Below are positions 20,062-33,990 of a stretch of DNA of 64,000 bases, one piece after another. The DNA comes from Escherichia coli. Its GTDB lineage: Bacteria > Pseudomonadota > Gammaproteobacteria > Enterobacterales > Enterobacteriaceae. The notes under the pieces were generated by a model, which was not told the origin of the DNA, made no database searches, and worked only from the letters and a program-made list of their open reading frames with translations. Positions within the stretch are counted from its first letter, which is position 1, and every line of letters begins with the position of its first letter. The stretch lies in assembly GCF_009931435.1 (NCBI RefSeq), contig NZ_CP043414.1; one strand, given 5' to 3'. Both the position numbers and the translations under genes were made by a program.

Positions 20062-20181
20062 GGTCTTCCATCCCGTGAAATGCACATAAGGGAGTTATGC
20101 ACGATTTACGCGCAATCCTCAAGGCGGGAATGGTGAAAGAGGTGAGACTGCGGCGGTAATTATCTTACCGCCGTCAGTGAA

Positions 20182-21573
20182 TTACTGTTTTTCTGGTGGG
20201 AAAATCAGATTCAGCACGATGGCAGTAATACCGCCCGCGGCGATCCCGGAGGAGAGCAGGTTTTTCAGCCATTCAGGGGCAAACTGCAAAATCAGCGGCT
20301 GCTGAGACACGCCCAGACCGACCGCCAGCGACAGCGCGATAATCAGAATCGCCCGACGGTTCAGCGGCTCACGAGAAACGATACGCACACCGGAGGCGGC
20401 GATGGTGCCAAACATTACAAGCGTTGCGCCGCCCAGAACCGGTTCTGGAATGTGTTGTACAAAACCGCTCACTGCCGGGAACAGACCCAGCACGATCAAC
20501 ATCAGCGCGACGACAAAACCGACATAGCGGCTGGCAACACCGGTCAACTGGATCACACCGTTGTTCTGCCCGAAGCAGGAGTTCGGGAAAGTGTTAAACA
20601 CCGCCGAGACAAACGAGTTCAGACCGTTTGCCAGCACGCCGCCTTTCAGACGTTTCATGTATAGCGGACCGGACACTGGCTGTTCGGAAACGTCAGAGGT
20701 CGCCGTGATATCGCCAATGGTTTCCAGCGAAGTGATCATAAAGACCAGCATCAGCGGTAGCAGCAGACTCCATTCAATGCCAAGACCGTAATAGAGCGGC
20801 GTTGGCACCATAATCAGTTCTTGCGTCATCGGTTCGTTGCTTTCTGGCAACATGCCCATAAACCACGCCAGCGCATATCCGGCCGCCATCGCAATCACCA
20901 GTGAGGCCACGCGCAAATATGGGTTACGTTGACGGTTAAGCAGGATAATTAAGGCCAAGACCACGCCTGCCAGCAACAGATTTTTCGGTGCGCCGAAGGT
21001 GTTATCGCTCATGGCTGCGTAACCGCCGCCAATGGATGTTAGCCCAACCTGAATTAGCGACAGGCCGATAATCATCACCACAACGCCAGAAACCAGCGGC
21101 GTAATAATGCGGCGCGCCAGATGCAGAACACGGGAGATCACCATCTCGGTGCAACTTGCCAGCATCAGCGTGCCGAACAAAGCCGCCATCATGGTAGGAA
21201 CATCAGCACCACCAGTCTTAAGCGCTGTACCGCCCATAATCAGCGGGGCAACAAAGTTGAAGCTGGTGCCCTGAATAGACAACAGCCCGGAGCCAACCGG
21301 ACCCCAGGCCTTAATTTGAATAATCGACGCCACACCGGAGGCAAACAGCGACATACTAATAATGTGTTGCGTGTCTTGTGCCGGTAAACCCAGCGCCTGG
21401 CAGATTAATAGCGCTGGCGTGATCACCGCAACGAACATCGCCAGCAGATGCTGGCAGGCGGCAAACAGAGTTTGAGGAAGCGGCGGACGATCTTCAAGAC
21501 GGTAAATCAGTTCGCTGTTTTGAGTCTGCGCAACCGGTTGCGCATTTTCTGACTCGAGGGTGGAAACAGACAT
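20182..21573 (-). CDS. xanP: Xanthine permease XanP (NCS2 family)
   Basis: Start at [12 protein letters not shown] gives 463 aa matching K-12 XanP (YicE). Confidence 0.95.
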
Positions 21574-21852
21574 CGAAAACAATCCCGTGGTAGCAAAGCG
21601 GGCATTTTAGCTGACCGAAAGAGAAAAGCAAACGTTTGCCACGGCCTCTGCTAAATATTTAAATGAGATAAATGCACTTTTTTATATAACTTTTGGTATT
21701 TTTCTGCTTAAAATCCATGCCATTTGTTCATTAACAGCTGAGAATTTGACCCAGGAAAGCATGACTCGATACCCGTCATATTTCATGAAGGTGCCACTGC
21801 GCGATGAAGTATGACGAGTATGAAAGAGTGATGCGGATACAAAGGAGTAACT

Positions 21853-23058
21853 ATGTTTCATCTCGATACTTTAGCAACGCTTGTTGCCGCAACGCTGACG
21901 TTGCTGCTCGGGCGTAAGTTGGTCCATTCCGTCTCCTTTTTGAAGAAATACACCATACCGGAACCTGTTGCGGGTGGTTTGTTGGTGGCGCTGGCGCTAC
22001 TGGTACTGAAAAAAAGCATGGGCTGGGAAGTCAACTTTGATATGTCCCTGCGCGATCCGTTAATGCTGGCTTTCTTCGCCACCATTGGCCTGAACGCCAA
22101 CATTGCCAGTCTGCGCGCTGGTGGGCGTGTGGTTGGTATTTTCCTGATTGTGGTTGTTGGCCTATTGGTGATGCAAAATGCCATTGGCATTGGTATGGCT
22201 AGCCTGTTAGGGCTTGATCCACTGATGGGGCTGCTGGCCGGTTCTATTACGCTTTCGGGCGGTCACGGTACGGGTGCTGCCTGGAGTAAATTGTTCATTG
22301 AACGTTATGGCTTCACCAATGCGACGGAAGTGGCGATGGCCTGTGCAACGTTCGGTTTGGTGCTGGGCGGCTTGATTGGCGGTCCGGTGGCGCGCTATCT
22401 GGTGAAACACTCCACCACACCGAACGGTATTCCGGATGACCAGGAAGTCCCGACGGCGTTCGAAAAGCCGGATGTGGGCCGCATGATCACCTCGCTGGTG
22501 CTGATTGAAACTATCGCGCTGATTGCTATCTGCCTGACGGTGGGGAAGATCGTTGCGCAACTTTTGGCTGGCACTGCTTTTGAACTGCCGACCTTCGTCT
22601 GTGTACTGTTTGTTGGCGTGATTCTGAGCAACGGTCTGTCAATGATGGGCTTTTACCGCGTCTTTGAGCGTGCGGTATCCGTGCTTGGTAACGTAAGCCT
22701 GTCGTTGTTCCTGGCGATGGCGCTGATGGGGCTGAAACTATGGGAGCTGGCTTCGCTGGCGCTGCCGATGCTGGCGATTCTGGTGGTACAGACCATCTTC
22801 ATGGCGTTGTATGCCATTTTCGTCACCTGGCGCATGATGGGTAAAAACTACGATGCGGCAGTGCTGGCAGCGGGTCACTGTGGTTTTGGCCTTGGTGCAA
22901 CGCCAACGGCAATCGCCAACATGCAGGCAATCACCGAACGTTTTGGCCCGTCGCACATGGCGTTCCTGGTCGTGCCGATGGTTGGTGCGTTCTTTATTGA
23001 TATCGTTAACGCGCTGGTGATTAAACTGTATTTGATGTTGCCGATTTTTGCGGGTTAA
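21853..23058 (+). CDS. gltS: Sodium/glutamate symporter GltS
   Basis: 401-aa product MFHLDTLATLVAATLTLLLGRK... matches GltS. Confidence 0.95.
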   Translation: MFHLDTLATLVAATLTLLLGRKLVHSVSFLKKYTIPEPVAGGLLVALALLVLKKSMGWEVNFDMSLRDPLMLAFFATIGLNANIASLRAGGRVVGIFLIVVVGLLVMQNAIGIGMASLLGLDPLMGLLAGSITLSGGHGTGAAWSKLFIERYGFTNATEVAMACATFGLVLGGLIGGPVARYLVKHSTTPNGIPDDQEVPTAFEKPDVGRMITSLVLIETIALIAICLTVGKIVAQLLAGTAFELPTFVCVLFVGVILSNGLSMMGFYRVFERAVSVLGNVSLSLFLAMALMGLKLWELASLALPMLAILVVQTIFMALYAIFVTWRMMGKNYDAAVLAAGHCGFGLGATPTAIANMQAITERFGPSHMAFLVVPMVGAFFIDIVNALVIKLYLMLPIFAG

Positions 23059-23167
23059 TTGATGAAGCGGCGGTAGAAGTGCCGCCGCAACAAAGACAAA
23101 AGCCTGATATGCTTCGCTTATCAAGTCTGCGTATTGATTCACAATTTATTGAATTTGTAGTTTTTTT

Positions 23168-23203
23168 GTAGGACGGATAAGGCGTTCACGCCGCATCCGG
23201 CAG
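23168..23203. repeat. REP (repetitive extragenic palindromic) element
   Basis: GTAGGACGGATAAGGCGTTCACGCCGCATCCGGCAG matches the E. coli REP consensus; lies in the gltS-recG convergent intergenic region. Confidence 0.7.
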
Positions 23204-23246
23204 GAAGGTAGGGTAACCTGAAATGGCGGTTTCTCACCGCCGCCTT

Positions 23247-25328
23247 TTACGCATTTGAGTAACGTTCTGTTTCTGGCATCCAGCGTTCTATCAGGGCTTT
23301 TGCCTGCTGTGGGTAACGTTCGTGAATATGGCGTGCCAGGCGCTGAACTTCCGGGATCATCGCCTGATCGCGCAGCAAATCCGCCACTTTAAATTCAGCA
23401 TTACCCGTCTGACGCGTGCCTAACAATTCGCCAGGGCCGCGAATCTCCAGATCTTTTTGTGCAATCACAAAACCGTCGTTGCTGTCGCGTAGCACTTGCA
23501 GGCGGATTTGCGCGGTTTTGGAGAGCGGCGTTTTGTAGAGCAGCACACAGTGAGAAGCCACCGCGCCACGACCTACACGCCCACGTAGCTGGTGCAACTG
23601 CGCCAGACCCAGACGCTCCGGGTTTTCGATGATCATCAGGCTGGCGTTAGGCACATCAACGCCGACTTCAATAACGGTCGTGGCAACCAGCAGGTGTAAC
23701 TCGCCTTGTTTAAATGATGCCATGACGGCCTGCTTCTCGGCTGGCTTCATCCGTCCGTGTACCAGGCCAATATTCAACTCTGGTAGCGCCAGTTTCAACT
23801 CTTCCCACGTGGCTTCTGCTGCCTGCGCTTCCAGTAACTCTGACTCTTCAATCAACGTACAAACCCAGTACGCCTGACGACCTTCAGTCATGCAGGCGTG
23901 GCGCACGCGGTCGATAATGTCGTTGCGGCGGGTATCCGGGATAGCCACCGTCGTCACAGGCGTACGACCTGGCGGTAACTCATCAATGACCGAGGTATCG
24001 AGATCGGCATATGCAGTCATTGCCAGCGTGCGGGGGATCGGCGTGGCGGTCATGATCAACTGATGCGGATGGAAGCCCTGCTGCTGGCCTTTCTCCCATA
24101 ACGCCAGACGCTGATGCACGCCAAAACGATGCTGTTCGTCGATGATCACCAGCGCCAGGCCGTTAAACTGCACCTGTTCCTGGAAGATGGCGTGTGTACC
24201 GACAATCATCTGCACCTGACCGCTGGCGATGGCTTCCTGCTGTGCCAGTCGTGCTTTACCTTTCTGTTTACCGGCGAGCCAGCCCACTTCGATACCGAGC
24301 GGAGCAAACCAGTTACGGAAGTTATTGGCGTGCTGCTCGGCGAGTAATTCGGTTGGTGCCATCAATGCCACCTGTTTGCCGTGCGCAATCGCACGCAACG
24401 CGGCGAGGGCGGCGACCAGCGTTTTACCGGAACCTACATCGCCCTGCACCAGGCGCATCATCGGCACATCCAGCGCCATATCGCGCTCGATCTCCGCCAC
24501 CACGCGTGCCTGTGCGCCCGTTGGCTTGAACGGTAAGGCTGCGAGGAGTTTATTTTTCAGCGCGTCATTGGCGCTCAGCGGCTGGGCATGAAAACGCTGT
24601 GCTCCGGCACGTAAGGCTAACATGCTGAGGTTGTGCGCCAGCAGTTCTTCCAGAATCAGACGGCGTTGTGCCGGATGCTGCCCGATCTCCAGATCGCTAA
24701 GCTGCAGCGTCGGCGGCGGGCGATGCAGAGTGCGCAACGCTTCCGGCAGCGTCATCATTCCTTGTGACAGTTCCGGCGGCAGGAGTTCTTCAATGGCGCA
24801 GGTGTCGAGCAGATCCAGCGCCTGGTCGGTTAATTTACGCAGCGTGGCCTGCTTTACGCCTTCCGTTGTTGGATAAACCGGCGTGAGCGTCTCCTGCAAC
24901 TCTGGCGTACTGAGATCGCCCTGCACGCGGTATTCCGGGTGGATCATCTCCGCACCATATTTACCGCGCTTTGCTTCTCCATAGGCCAGCACACGGCGGC
25001 CCGTCGCCAGGCTATTTTTCATTGCCGCGTTGAAGTTGAAAAAGCGCATGGTGAGAATGCCGGAACCGTCGCTGATCTGGCAGGTCATCATCCGCCGACC
25101 GCCGAAGGAGATATTGCAATTCAGCACTTCGCCTTCCACCGTGGCATAAAGGCCCGGCAGTAGTTCACCGATGGGGTAGAGATGGGTGCGATCTTCGTAG
25201 CGCAGAGGAAGGTGTAAGAGTAAATCCTGCACGGTATGCAGGTTGATTTTCGCCAGCTTATTACTTTGCGCCGCGCCAACGCCCGTTAGCGAACTGAGCG
25301 GAACAGCATCTAACAGGCGACCTTTCAT
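23247..25328 (-). CDS. recG: ATP-dependent DNA helicase RecG
   Basis: Start at MKGRLLDAVPLSS gives 693 aa; helicase motifs (GDVGSGKT, DEQHRFG). Confidence 0.95.
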   Translation of the reverse strand: MKGRLLDAVPLSSLTGVGAAQSNKLAKINLHTVQDLLLHLPLRYEDRTHLYPIGELLPGLYATVEGEVLNCNISFGGRRMMTCQISDGSGILTMRFFNFNAAMKNSLATGRRVLAYGEAKRGKYGAEMIHPEYRVQGDLSTPELQETLTPVYPTTEGVKQATLRKLTDQALDLLDTCAIEELLPPELSQGMMTLPEALRTLHRPPPTLQLSDLEIGQHPAQRRLILEELLAHNLSMLALRAGAQRFHAQPLSANDALKNKLLAALPFKPTGAQARVVAEIERDMALDVPMMRLVQGDVGSGKTLVAALAALRAIAHGKQVALMAPTELLAEQHANNFRNWFAPLGIEVGWLAGKQKGKARLAQQEAIASGQVQMIVGTHAIFQEQVQFNGLALVIIDEQHRFGVHQRLALWEKGQQQGFHPHQLIMTATPIPRTLAMTAYADLDTSVIDELPPGRTPVTTVAIPDTRRNDIIDRVRHACMTEGRQAYWVCTLIEESELLEAQAAEATWEELKLALPELNIGLVHGRMKPAEKQAVMASFKQGELHLLVATTVIEVGVDVPNASLMIIENPERLGLAQLHQLRGRVGRGAVASHCVLLYKTPLSKTAQIRLQVLRDSNDGFVIAQKDLEIRGPGELLGTRQTGNAEFKVADLLRDQAMIPEVQRLARHIHERYPQQAKALIERWMPETERYSNA

Positions 25329-25333
25329 GGCGC

Positions 25334-26023
25334 TTACCCTGCTGCCTGCATAGTGGCCCACCAGTCGGCATCAGCTTCGATCTCGCCTTGCTGATTAACG
25401 TGGGGGTAAGGTAGGCCTTTGCGTTTTGCGACTTTCGCCAGCACCGGATAGCCGCCTTCAAACAACAGCCGTTGTTGCTCCGCTTCCGGCAACATGCTGT
25501 TTTCCCGCAGATACATGCCTGCGTTTTGCCGCTGGCGCTGGGCTTCGTAAAGAATAAGGGCTGAGGCAACGGAAACATTCAGCGACTGCACCATGCCGAT
25601 CATCGGAATGATGATGTCCTGATCCGCCAGGGCTAACGCTTCCTGCGTGATACCCGTTTTCTCCTGTCCCATCAAAATACAGGTCGGGCGGGTATAATCA
25701 ATTTCGCGGAAATCGACAGCGTTATCAGAAAGATGTGTAGCCAGAATCTGCATGCCCTGGCCTTTCAGATGGGCGACGGCATCGCCAATGGTGCGGTGCG
25801 TTTTTACCTGTACCCAACTGTTGCTGCCAGCCGCAGCCGAAGCCATGGTGCGCATCCGGCTGCCAGGCCAGACGGCATGAACTTCATGTACGCCAACGGC
25901 ATCTGCGGTACGAATAATCGCAGAAACGTTATGTGGTTTGTGGACCTGCTCCATGCAGACGGTCAGATCAGGCTGCCGCCTGGCGAGCATTTCGCAGATG
26001 CGTGCATAACGTGTTGGGTTCAT
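25334..26023 (-). CDS. trmH: tRNA (Gm18) 2'-O-methyltransferase TrmH (SpoU)
   Basis: 229-aa product matching TrmH; last gene of the spoT operon before recG. Confidence 0.95.
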   Translation of the reverse strand: MNPTRYARICEMLARRQPDLTVCMEQVHKPHNVSAIIRTADAVGVHEVHAVWPGSRMRTMASAAAGSNSWVQVKTHRTIGDAVAHLKGQGMQILATHLSDNAVDFREIDYTRPTCILMGQEKTGITQEALALADQDIIIPMIGMVQSLNVSVASALILYEAQRQRQNAGMYLRENSMLPEAEQQRLLFEGGYPVLAKVAKRKGLPYPHVNQQGEIEADADWWATMQAAG

Positions 26024-26029
26024 AAAACA

Positions 26030-28138
26030 TTAATTTCGGTTTCGGGTGACTTTAATCACGTCTGGCATCACGCGGATTTTGCGCATGATATTCGCCAGAT
26101 GCACACGGTCACGGGCGGTCAGACGAATAAAGGCGCTGTAGACGCGACCATCTTTCTCTTCCGTATTCAAACTTTGAATATTCGAGGTCGTGGTGTTAAT
26201 TGCCGCCGTCAGGTTTGCCAGCGCGCCCTGATGATTGAACATCTCCACCTTGATTTCGGTGATGAACTCCTGTGCCGTCTCTTTATCCCATTCCACAGCC
26301 ATAAATTTCTCTGGCTCTTTCTGGTAGCCACGGATGTTACGGCAGGATTCATGGTGGATCACCAGACCTTTACCGGGGCTGACGTGAGCGATAATCGGAT
26401 CGCCAGGAATGGGGCGGCAGCATTTCGCAAAGGTGATCAACACGCCATCAGCACCTTTAATCGGCAGATGCCCGTGGCTTTGAGTCGCCGGCGGAATGGA
26501 GGCGTCCCCATGTTGCAGATTTTTCGCGACCACCACGCTCATCGCGTTGCCAAGACCAATTTCCGCCAGCAGATCGTCAAGCGTTGCCAGCTTCATGCGG
26601 TCCAGCTCGCGCTGAATATTTTCCGGCGGGATTTCATTGAGCTTACGGCTGCCACCCAACGCATGATTGAGCAGACGACGGCCCAGGCTTACAGAATCAT
26701 CACGCTTGAGGTTTTTCAGCAACTGACGAATTTTGGCGCGCGCTTTCGAGCTAACGACAAAGTTCAGCCATGCGGCATTCGGGCGAGCGCCCGGTGCGGT
26801 AATGATTTCAACGGTTTGGCCACTGGAGAGCGGCTGCGACAGCGGGTAAGGCTGACGGTCGACGCGAGCGCCCACGCAGGCATGACCGATATCGGTATGC
26901 ACCGCATAAGCGAAGTCGACGGGCGTTGCACCGGCAGGCAGCTCTACAATGCGCCCTTCCGGTGTGAAAACGTAAATCTCATCCGGGAAGAGATCGGATT
27001 TAACGCTCTCGATAAATTCAAATGAGCTACCGGCACTCTGTTGCAGCTCCAGCAGGCTTTGCATCCAGCGCTGGGCGCGAATTTGTGCGGTAGTACTGGT
27101 TTCGCCGTGCTCTTTATAAGCCCAGTGCGCAGCAACACCCATCTCTGCCATCTGATCCATATCTTCGGTACGGATCTGGACCTCAACCGGCACGCCGTGC
27201 GGGCCAATCATCGAGGTGTGCAAAGACTGATAGCCGTTCGCTTTTGGAATAGCGATGTAGTCTTTCACGCGACCCGGACGCGGCTTGTACAGGCTATGCA
27301 TTTGCCCGAGCACGCGATAACAGGTGTCGGAATCATTGACGATCACGCGGAAGGCGTAGATGTCCATGATTGAGTGAAAACGCTGCTCTTTGAGCACCAT
27401 TTTGCAGTAGATCGAATAAAGATGCTTCTCGCGACCACTGACGCGGCACGGTATTCCCGCTTCCTGCAAACGCCCTTCGATTTCCGAGAGGATTTTTTGG
27501 ATCATCTCTTTACGGTTGCCGCGTGCGGCTTTCACCACTTCTTTGATTACGCGGTAACGGTTGGGATACAGCGCCTCAAAACCCAGCTCTTCGAGTTCGG
27601 TTTTAATGTGGTGGATACCTAAACGGTGTGCCAGCGGGCTGTAAATTTCGAGGGTTTCACGGGCGATGCGGCGACGTTTGTCCGGGCGAAGTGAGCCCAG
27701 CGTGCGCATGTTGTGGGTACGGTCGGCAAGTTTGATGAGAATGACGCGGATATCCTGCACCATCGCCATAATCATCTTGCGAAAGTTTTCGGCCTGCGCC
27801 TCTTTCTTATCGCGGAACTTGAGTTTATCAAGCTTTGATACCCCCTCTACCAGTTCGGCGACGCTTTTACCAAAAAGCTGCTCCATGTCCTGGTAGGTGG
27901 CGGGAGTATCTTCAATCACGTCATGCAGCAGCGCCGCCATTAGCGTTTCATAGTCGAGTTTCATCTCGGCCAGAATGCAGGCAACCGCTACCGGGTGCGT
28001 GATATAGGGTTCACCGCTTGAACGTGTTTGCCCCTCGTGAGCATCACGTGCAACGAGATACGCCTGCCGCAGACGCTTGATTTGGTCTTCCGGCAGGTAG
28101 GTTTGAATCAGTTGATTCAGGCTTTCAAACAGATACAA
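26030..28138 (-). CDS. spoT: Bifunctional (p)ppGpp synthetase/hydrolase SpoT
   Basis: 702-aa product; TTG initiation codon (reverse complement of 28136-28138) as known for spoT. Confidence 0.95.
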   Translation of the reverse strand: MYLFESLNQLIQTYLPEDQIKRLRQAYLVARDAHEGQTRSSGEPYITHPVAVACILAEMKLDYETLMAALLHDVIEDTPATYQDMEQLFGKSVAELVEGVSKLDKLKFRDKKEAQAENFRKMIMAMVQDIRVILIKLADRTHNMRTLGSLRPDKRRRIARETLEIYSPLAHRLGIHHIKTELEELGFEALYPNRYRVIKEVVKAARGNRKEMIQKILSEIEGRLQEAGIPCRVSGREKHLYSIYCKMVLKEQRFHSIMDIYAFRVIVNDSDTCYRVLGQMHSLYKPRPGRVKDYIAIPKANGYQSLHTSMIGPHGVPVEVQIRTEDMDQMAEMGVAAHWAYKEHGETSTTAQIRAQRWMQSLLELQQSAGSSFEFIESVKSDLFPDEIYVFTPEGRIVELPAGATPVDFAYAVHTDIGHACVGARVDRQPYPLSQPLSSGQTVEIITAPGARPNAAWLNFVVSSKARAKIRQLLKNLKRDDSVSLGRRLLNHALGGSRKLNEIPPENIQRELDRMKLATLDDLLAEIGLGNAMSVVVAKNLQHGDASIPPATQSHGHLPIKGADGVLITFAKCCRPIPGDPIIAHVSPGKGLVIHHESCRNIRGYQKEPEKFMAVEWDKETAQEFITEIKVEMFNHQGALANLTAAINTTTSNIQSLNTEEKDGRVYSAFIRLTARDRVHLANIMRKIRVMPDVIKVTRNRN

Positions 28139-28156
28139 GGGCGACCCGCTTTGTGA

Positions 28157-28432
28157 TTAACGACGACCTTCAGCAATAGCGGTAACGGCTTGTAATTCAG
28201 CGGCTTCCTGCTCTTGCTGTTCCTGGCGTTCGCGAACGTCGAGGATCTGGTTGTTGATCAGACCTTCTTCGATTTCGCGCAGCGCGATTACGGTGGTTTT
28301 ATCGTTTTCTTCCGGTACCAGCGGATCCTTTCCGCCTACCTGCATCTGACGAGCGCGACGCGCGGCGACCAGTACCAGGTCAAAACGGTTACCAATTTTC
28401 TCTACAGCGTCCTGAACAGTTACGCGTGCCAT
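28157..28432 (-). CDS. rpoZ: RNA polymerase omega subunit
   Basis: 91-aa [29 protein letters not shown]... Confidence 0.97.
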
Positions 28433-28486
28433 ACTTAAAAAGCTCCACAGGTGAAGAAATGACTGGGCATGATACTGAAATCAGGT

Positions 28487-29251
<765 letters not shown>

Positions 29252-29275
29252 GATTCACTGCAATAAAGACGATTC

Positions 29276-31664
<2,389 letters not shown>

Positions 31665-31955
31665 GGTTCTCTCCCTAAAAATCTGTCTGGCAGGGTAGCG
31701 ATTTGTGCGCATTGTCACGATTGAGATTTTTTAAGGTGAGAGGGAATTGATAACTTGTAGTTATGTGAAATTGTTATTTTCTGTAGCGTAGATGCATTCT
31801 TCTGACTTCTTGTCTGAGAAAATGCATAAGAAAAAATAGGTTAAAATTGAGGGGTGGAAAAGAAAGGTGCAATGTTTAGCCATTGTGTTCACCGCACCTG
31901 GACTTTGGCTTACGCATCGGGTATCTCAATCAACAAAAAGAGTTTTTAGTTTCTG

Positions 31956-32780
31956 CTATTTCTTCTCTGTAATTTTTACACTGTTTTCCAACTGCTTGAT
32001 GCTGACCTGCGGGGTCGGCAACTCCTCAGGCATGGTTCCGCCAAGTTCCTGAATGGTTTGCCTCACCTTGCTACCCACGTCAAAGTGTGTGGTATTAGCT
32101 TGCTGTTTTGAATTCACGCCATCCCGCTTGAGTTTTTCTTCTGTTTGGGTAGCTCGAAAGAGATTAGCCGCCAGTTCTGTTGAACCCATATGATCCAGGA
32201 TCTTCTGACTCTTTTTCAGCCCCTTCCGCTGATGGATGGCTTTCTGATCTAATCCACCATACAGTCCCCGGTAACCATGATTCTGAAATATGGCGAAATC
32301 GATAGCTGTCGCTACCCCAGCTTGCTGCGCTGCCTCAACTAATTGTTTGTTATGTTCTTTCAACTCATTTCTCAGAAAAAGACGCTTTTCGTCTTCACGA
32401 AGTTGCCTGAAAGCTTCATCGTCAGCCAGCTCCTGCCGTCGGGTCTGGATAGCAAAATAAGTTTGCCCTGCCGCAATAACCGGTTTCGCAGGGTCGCCGT
32501 TTTGTACTACCAGGTAACAGGCATAGCGGGAGAGTACGATGTCTTTTAATGCTCTTTTGGCATTTGAGCCAATTTTGACCATATCGAGGATCTCCTCGAA
32601 ATGGTCATCAATTGTGTGACCACTATTCAGACAAGCTTCTTTGGCGCGCGTTAATACAGGTATAAAGTGACGATACTCTGAATAACCCAGTAGTTTTCCA
32701 AGTTGTCTTGCTGACCATTGTTCTGCTCCGTTTGCATTAATCAGCTTTATCTCTTCAAAAGGTTGATGATGTTCGTTCAT
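31956..32780 (-). CDS. dinD: DNA damage-inducible protein D
   Basis: Start at MNEHHQPFEEIKLI gives 274 aa; LexA box upstream. Confidence 0.9.
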   Translation of the reverse strand: MNEHHQPFEEIKLINANGAEQWSARQLGKLLGYSEYRHFIPVLTRAKEACLNSGHTIDDHFEEILDMVKIGSNAKRALKDIVLSRYACYLVVQNGDPAKPVIAAGQTYFAIQTRRQELADDEAFRQLREDEKRLFLRNELKEHNKQLVEAAQQAGVATAIDFAIFQNHGYRGLYGGLDQKAIHQRKGLKKSQKILDHMGSTELAANLFRATQTEEKLKRDGVNSKQQANTTHFDVGSKVRQTIQELGGTMPEELPTPQVSIKQLENSVKITEKK

Positions 32781-32825
32781 TGCCCACTCCATGTGATATC
32801 GATTGCAAAGAAAGTAAATCTGCAA

Positions 32826-32841
32826 CTGTATTTATATACAG
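32826..32841 (-). promoter_or_regulatory. LexA operator (SOS box) of dinD
   Basis: CTGTATTTATATACAG, a perfect CTGT-N8-ACAG palindrome, 46 bp upstream of the dinD start. Confidence 0.7.
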
Positions 32842-32933
32842 TTGTGAGTATCTCACGTTCTCAGTGTGCTGGGCAAAAAAACATCGCAAAATCTGGAGCA
32901 GGCACGCAAAACAGAATTGAAGTTGCGGGGAAG

Positions 32934-32966
32934 AAAAATGCCGCTCTGTTTGAGTGGGCGGCATTT
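32934..32966 (-). terminator. Rho-independent terminator downstream of yicC
   Basis: Stem ATGCCGC/GCGGCAT with a T-run following on the minus strand. Confidence 0.5.
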
Positions 32967-33000
32967 GTGAAGGCTGAAAAGTAAGAATTGGCGTTACGAG

Positions 33001-33864
33001 TTATTCAATGTTCTGAATCTGCTCGCGCATCTGCTCAATCAACACTTTCAGCTCAATCGCGGAGTTAGTCACTTCGGCATTGATAGACTTCGAGGCCAGG
33101 GTGTTCGACTCGCGGTTGAACTCCTGCATCATAAAGTCCAGACGACGACCAACGGCTTCTTTTTTCTTCAGAATGTTGTAGGTCTCTTTAACATGCGCTT
33201 CGAGGCGGTCCAACTCTTCGGCAACGTCAATTCGTTGTGCCAGCAGAACCAACTCCTGCTCCAGACGGTTGTTTTCCAGTTGCACCTGGGCGTCTTCCAG
33301 CTTAGCCACCAGACGTTCACGCTGCCATTGCAGGATTTCCGGCATGTGGGCGCGGACTTTGACCACTTCGGCGGTCACGCCTTCCAGACGCTGCTCGATC
33401 AATGCTTTCAGCGCCTGACCTTCGGTTTCGCGCGCGACGATAAAGTCATCCAGCGTACCATCCAGCGCCACGAGAATTTCAGCGGCAATCGCGTCGAGAT
33501 CCTGTTCCTGGGCCGCCATCACGCCTGGCCAGCGGAGAATATCAACCGGGTTGATTTCCCCTTCGTCACTCTGCATTTTTACCCAGTTCGCGGCAGTTAC
33601 CAGCTGTTTAGCCAGTTTTTCGTTGAGGATCAGCTCACCTTGTGCGCTGACATCTGGCTCATAGCGCAGGGTACATTCCACTTTACCACGCGTCAGGCGA
33701 GAACGAATACGCTCGCGAACGACAGGTTCAAGGCTACGGAACTGCTCCGGCAGACGAAAGTAAGTTTCCAGATAACGCTGGTTTACCGAGCGCATTTCCC
33801 AGGTTGCGCTCCCCCATTCACCCTTGATTTCACGCCGGGCGTAGGCGGTCATACTGCGGATCAT
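33001..33864 (-). CDS. yicC: UPF0701 protein YicC
   Basis: 287-aa MIRSMTAYARREIKGEWGSATWEMRSVNQRYLE... Confidence 0.9.
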   Translation of the reverse strand: MIRSMTAYARREIKGEWGSATWEMRSVNQRYLETYFRLPEQFRSLEPVVRERIRSRLTRGKVECTLRYEPDVSAQGELILNEKLAKQLVTAANWVKMQSDEGEINPVDILRWPGVMAAQEQDLDAIAAEILVALDGTLDDFIVARETEGQALKALIEQRLEGVTAEVVKVRAHMPEILQWQRERLVAKLEDAQVQLENNRLEQELVLLAQRIDVAEELDRLEAHVKETYNILKKKEAVGRRLDFMMQEFNRESNTLASKSINAEVTNSAIELKVLIEQMREQIQNIE

Positions 33865-33990
33865 AGACGTTCCTGTTTATAAAAGGAGAGGTGGAAGGAT
33901 TATAGCCATCGATGCCTTGTCAGGATAGGAATAACCGCCGGAAGTCCGTATAATGCGCAGCCACATTTGTTTCAAGCCGGAGATTTCAAT

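Noticed and set aside
25733-27025. A 430-aa plus-strand ORF antisense to trmH and spoT
   Set aside because: It is entirely antisense to two conserved, confidently identified genes; its product is low-complexity and R/A/G-rich, typical of a GC-rich shadow frame.
33193-33882. A 229-aa plus-strand ORF antisense to yicC
   Set aside because: Antisense to a conserved gene; its H/F/Q-rich composition is consistent with a mirror frame.
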